This document shows positions 63,140 to 64,000 of a stretch of DNA of 64,000 bases, piece by piece. The position numbers were made by a program, and so were the translations under genes. The DNA is taken from contig NC_085842.1 of NCBI RefSeq assembly GCF_035594765.1, positions 240,757,747 through 240,821,746 on the forward strand, in the 5' to 3' direction. Positions within the stretch are counted from its first letter, which is position 1, and each line of letters begins with the position of its first letter. This DNA is from Anolis carolinensis (taxonomy: Eukaryota). The notes below the pieces were generated by a model that was not told the origin of the DNA, did not search any database, and was given only the letters and a program-made list of their open reading frames with translations.

Positions 63140-64000
63140 CAACCTTTGTCATTTTATTTTAAATTTATTGCACATATACCAGTACTAATGGTCTTACCAA
63201 TGGTAAGGGCTAAGCAACAGCAATAAAACATTTAGTTACATGTATCCATTAAAAGACATTTAACTTTGTCTTCTGGAGAATATACACATTTATGATGAAT
63301 ACTTTCCTTTCCCCTCTTTGAATGTTCAGAACATGTTACCAGTTCAAAATTCATACAGGGAAAATTGCATTGACAAATTGAGTAACTGTACCAGAGCTGT
63401 GGCAAAGAGCGATGTTTATACTCCCATGACAAATGATTTTGGTCCATGTCACTGTTCATTACACCAACGTTATAAAAATAAGTGTTAGGGGTTTTTTATA
63501 TAAAAAACTAGATGTGTTGCATTTCCCCCCAAATGGACAGTATAAACCAACCAATGTTTAAATTTTAATACTGTTATAGGTATTTAATATTATACATATT
63601 GAGAACAGCAGAGGGGGAAAGGGTACCTCAAAACAACCATGAGATTCTGCTGCAACCAGCTTTTTATAACATTGCTGTATTAAAATTAAAATAAACATTT
63701 GTAAATAGTTACAGGTGTATGCATTATAAAATATTTGCAAGATGGCTGTTCATGTATATACACTGTACATTGTGTAACTGAACCCTCAGTTGTAGTAGCA
63801 CTAATATATAAGGGTGTATATTTACATAAAATAGTTCTCAGAAAACAATTTACAAATAAAATAAATAAGAATCTTCAGTAATTTAAATTCCTTTTCTTCG
63901 AATGTGTCCAAATGATAAATGAAGTCCCAAGCAACTGATACTACTCTTGAAGTCAATCGACCAAAGTTTGCTGTGTCTGGTTGGAAGTGCAACTTTGCTT
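63140..64000 (-). other. Probable 3' UTR end of a convergent gene (RIC1 by recalled synteny)
   Basis: TE-free AT-rich; minus AATAAA at 63153-58 and 63164-69 followed by TTGTTTGTTTG; Pumilio-like TGTAHATA motifs; no coding sequence seen. Confidence 0.4.

Overview
Vertebrate genomic DNA, almost certainly an anole lizard (Anolis), judged from the repeat families present (Sauria SINE, Vingi, BovB-like RTE, Penelope fragments, Helitrons, OC1/SPIN-like hAT MITEs). The window holds one complete protein-coding gene on the + strand: ERMP1 (ER metallopeptidase 1, family M28). It has 15 coding exons from ATG 21151 to TAA 57754, all GT-AG with consistent phases (2688 nt, 895 aa), and all M28 zinc-ligand motifs are intact. 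A CpG-rich promoter precedes it and two candidate poly(A) signals follow it. The last ~0.9 kb looks like the 3' UTR end of a convergent gene (RIC1 by recalled synteny; inference). The rest is a dense, often nested, transposable-element mosaic. I see no convincing new gene system. The best leads are: a frame-preserving, stop-free last intron containing a hairpin MITE; substitutions next to the active site; a weak-acceptor symmetric exon carrying a Zn ligand, with a Helitron 26 nt downstream; ZNF143/THAP11-like motifs spread by TEs; a non-TE-looking intronic hairpin; and two different hAT MITEs inserted at the same position in two L2 copies. TE family names come from memory of consensus sequences and were not confirmed by database search.
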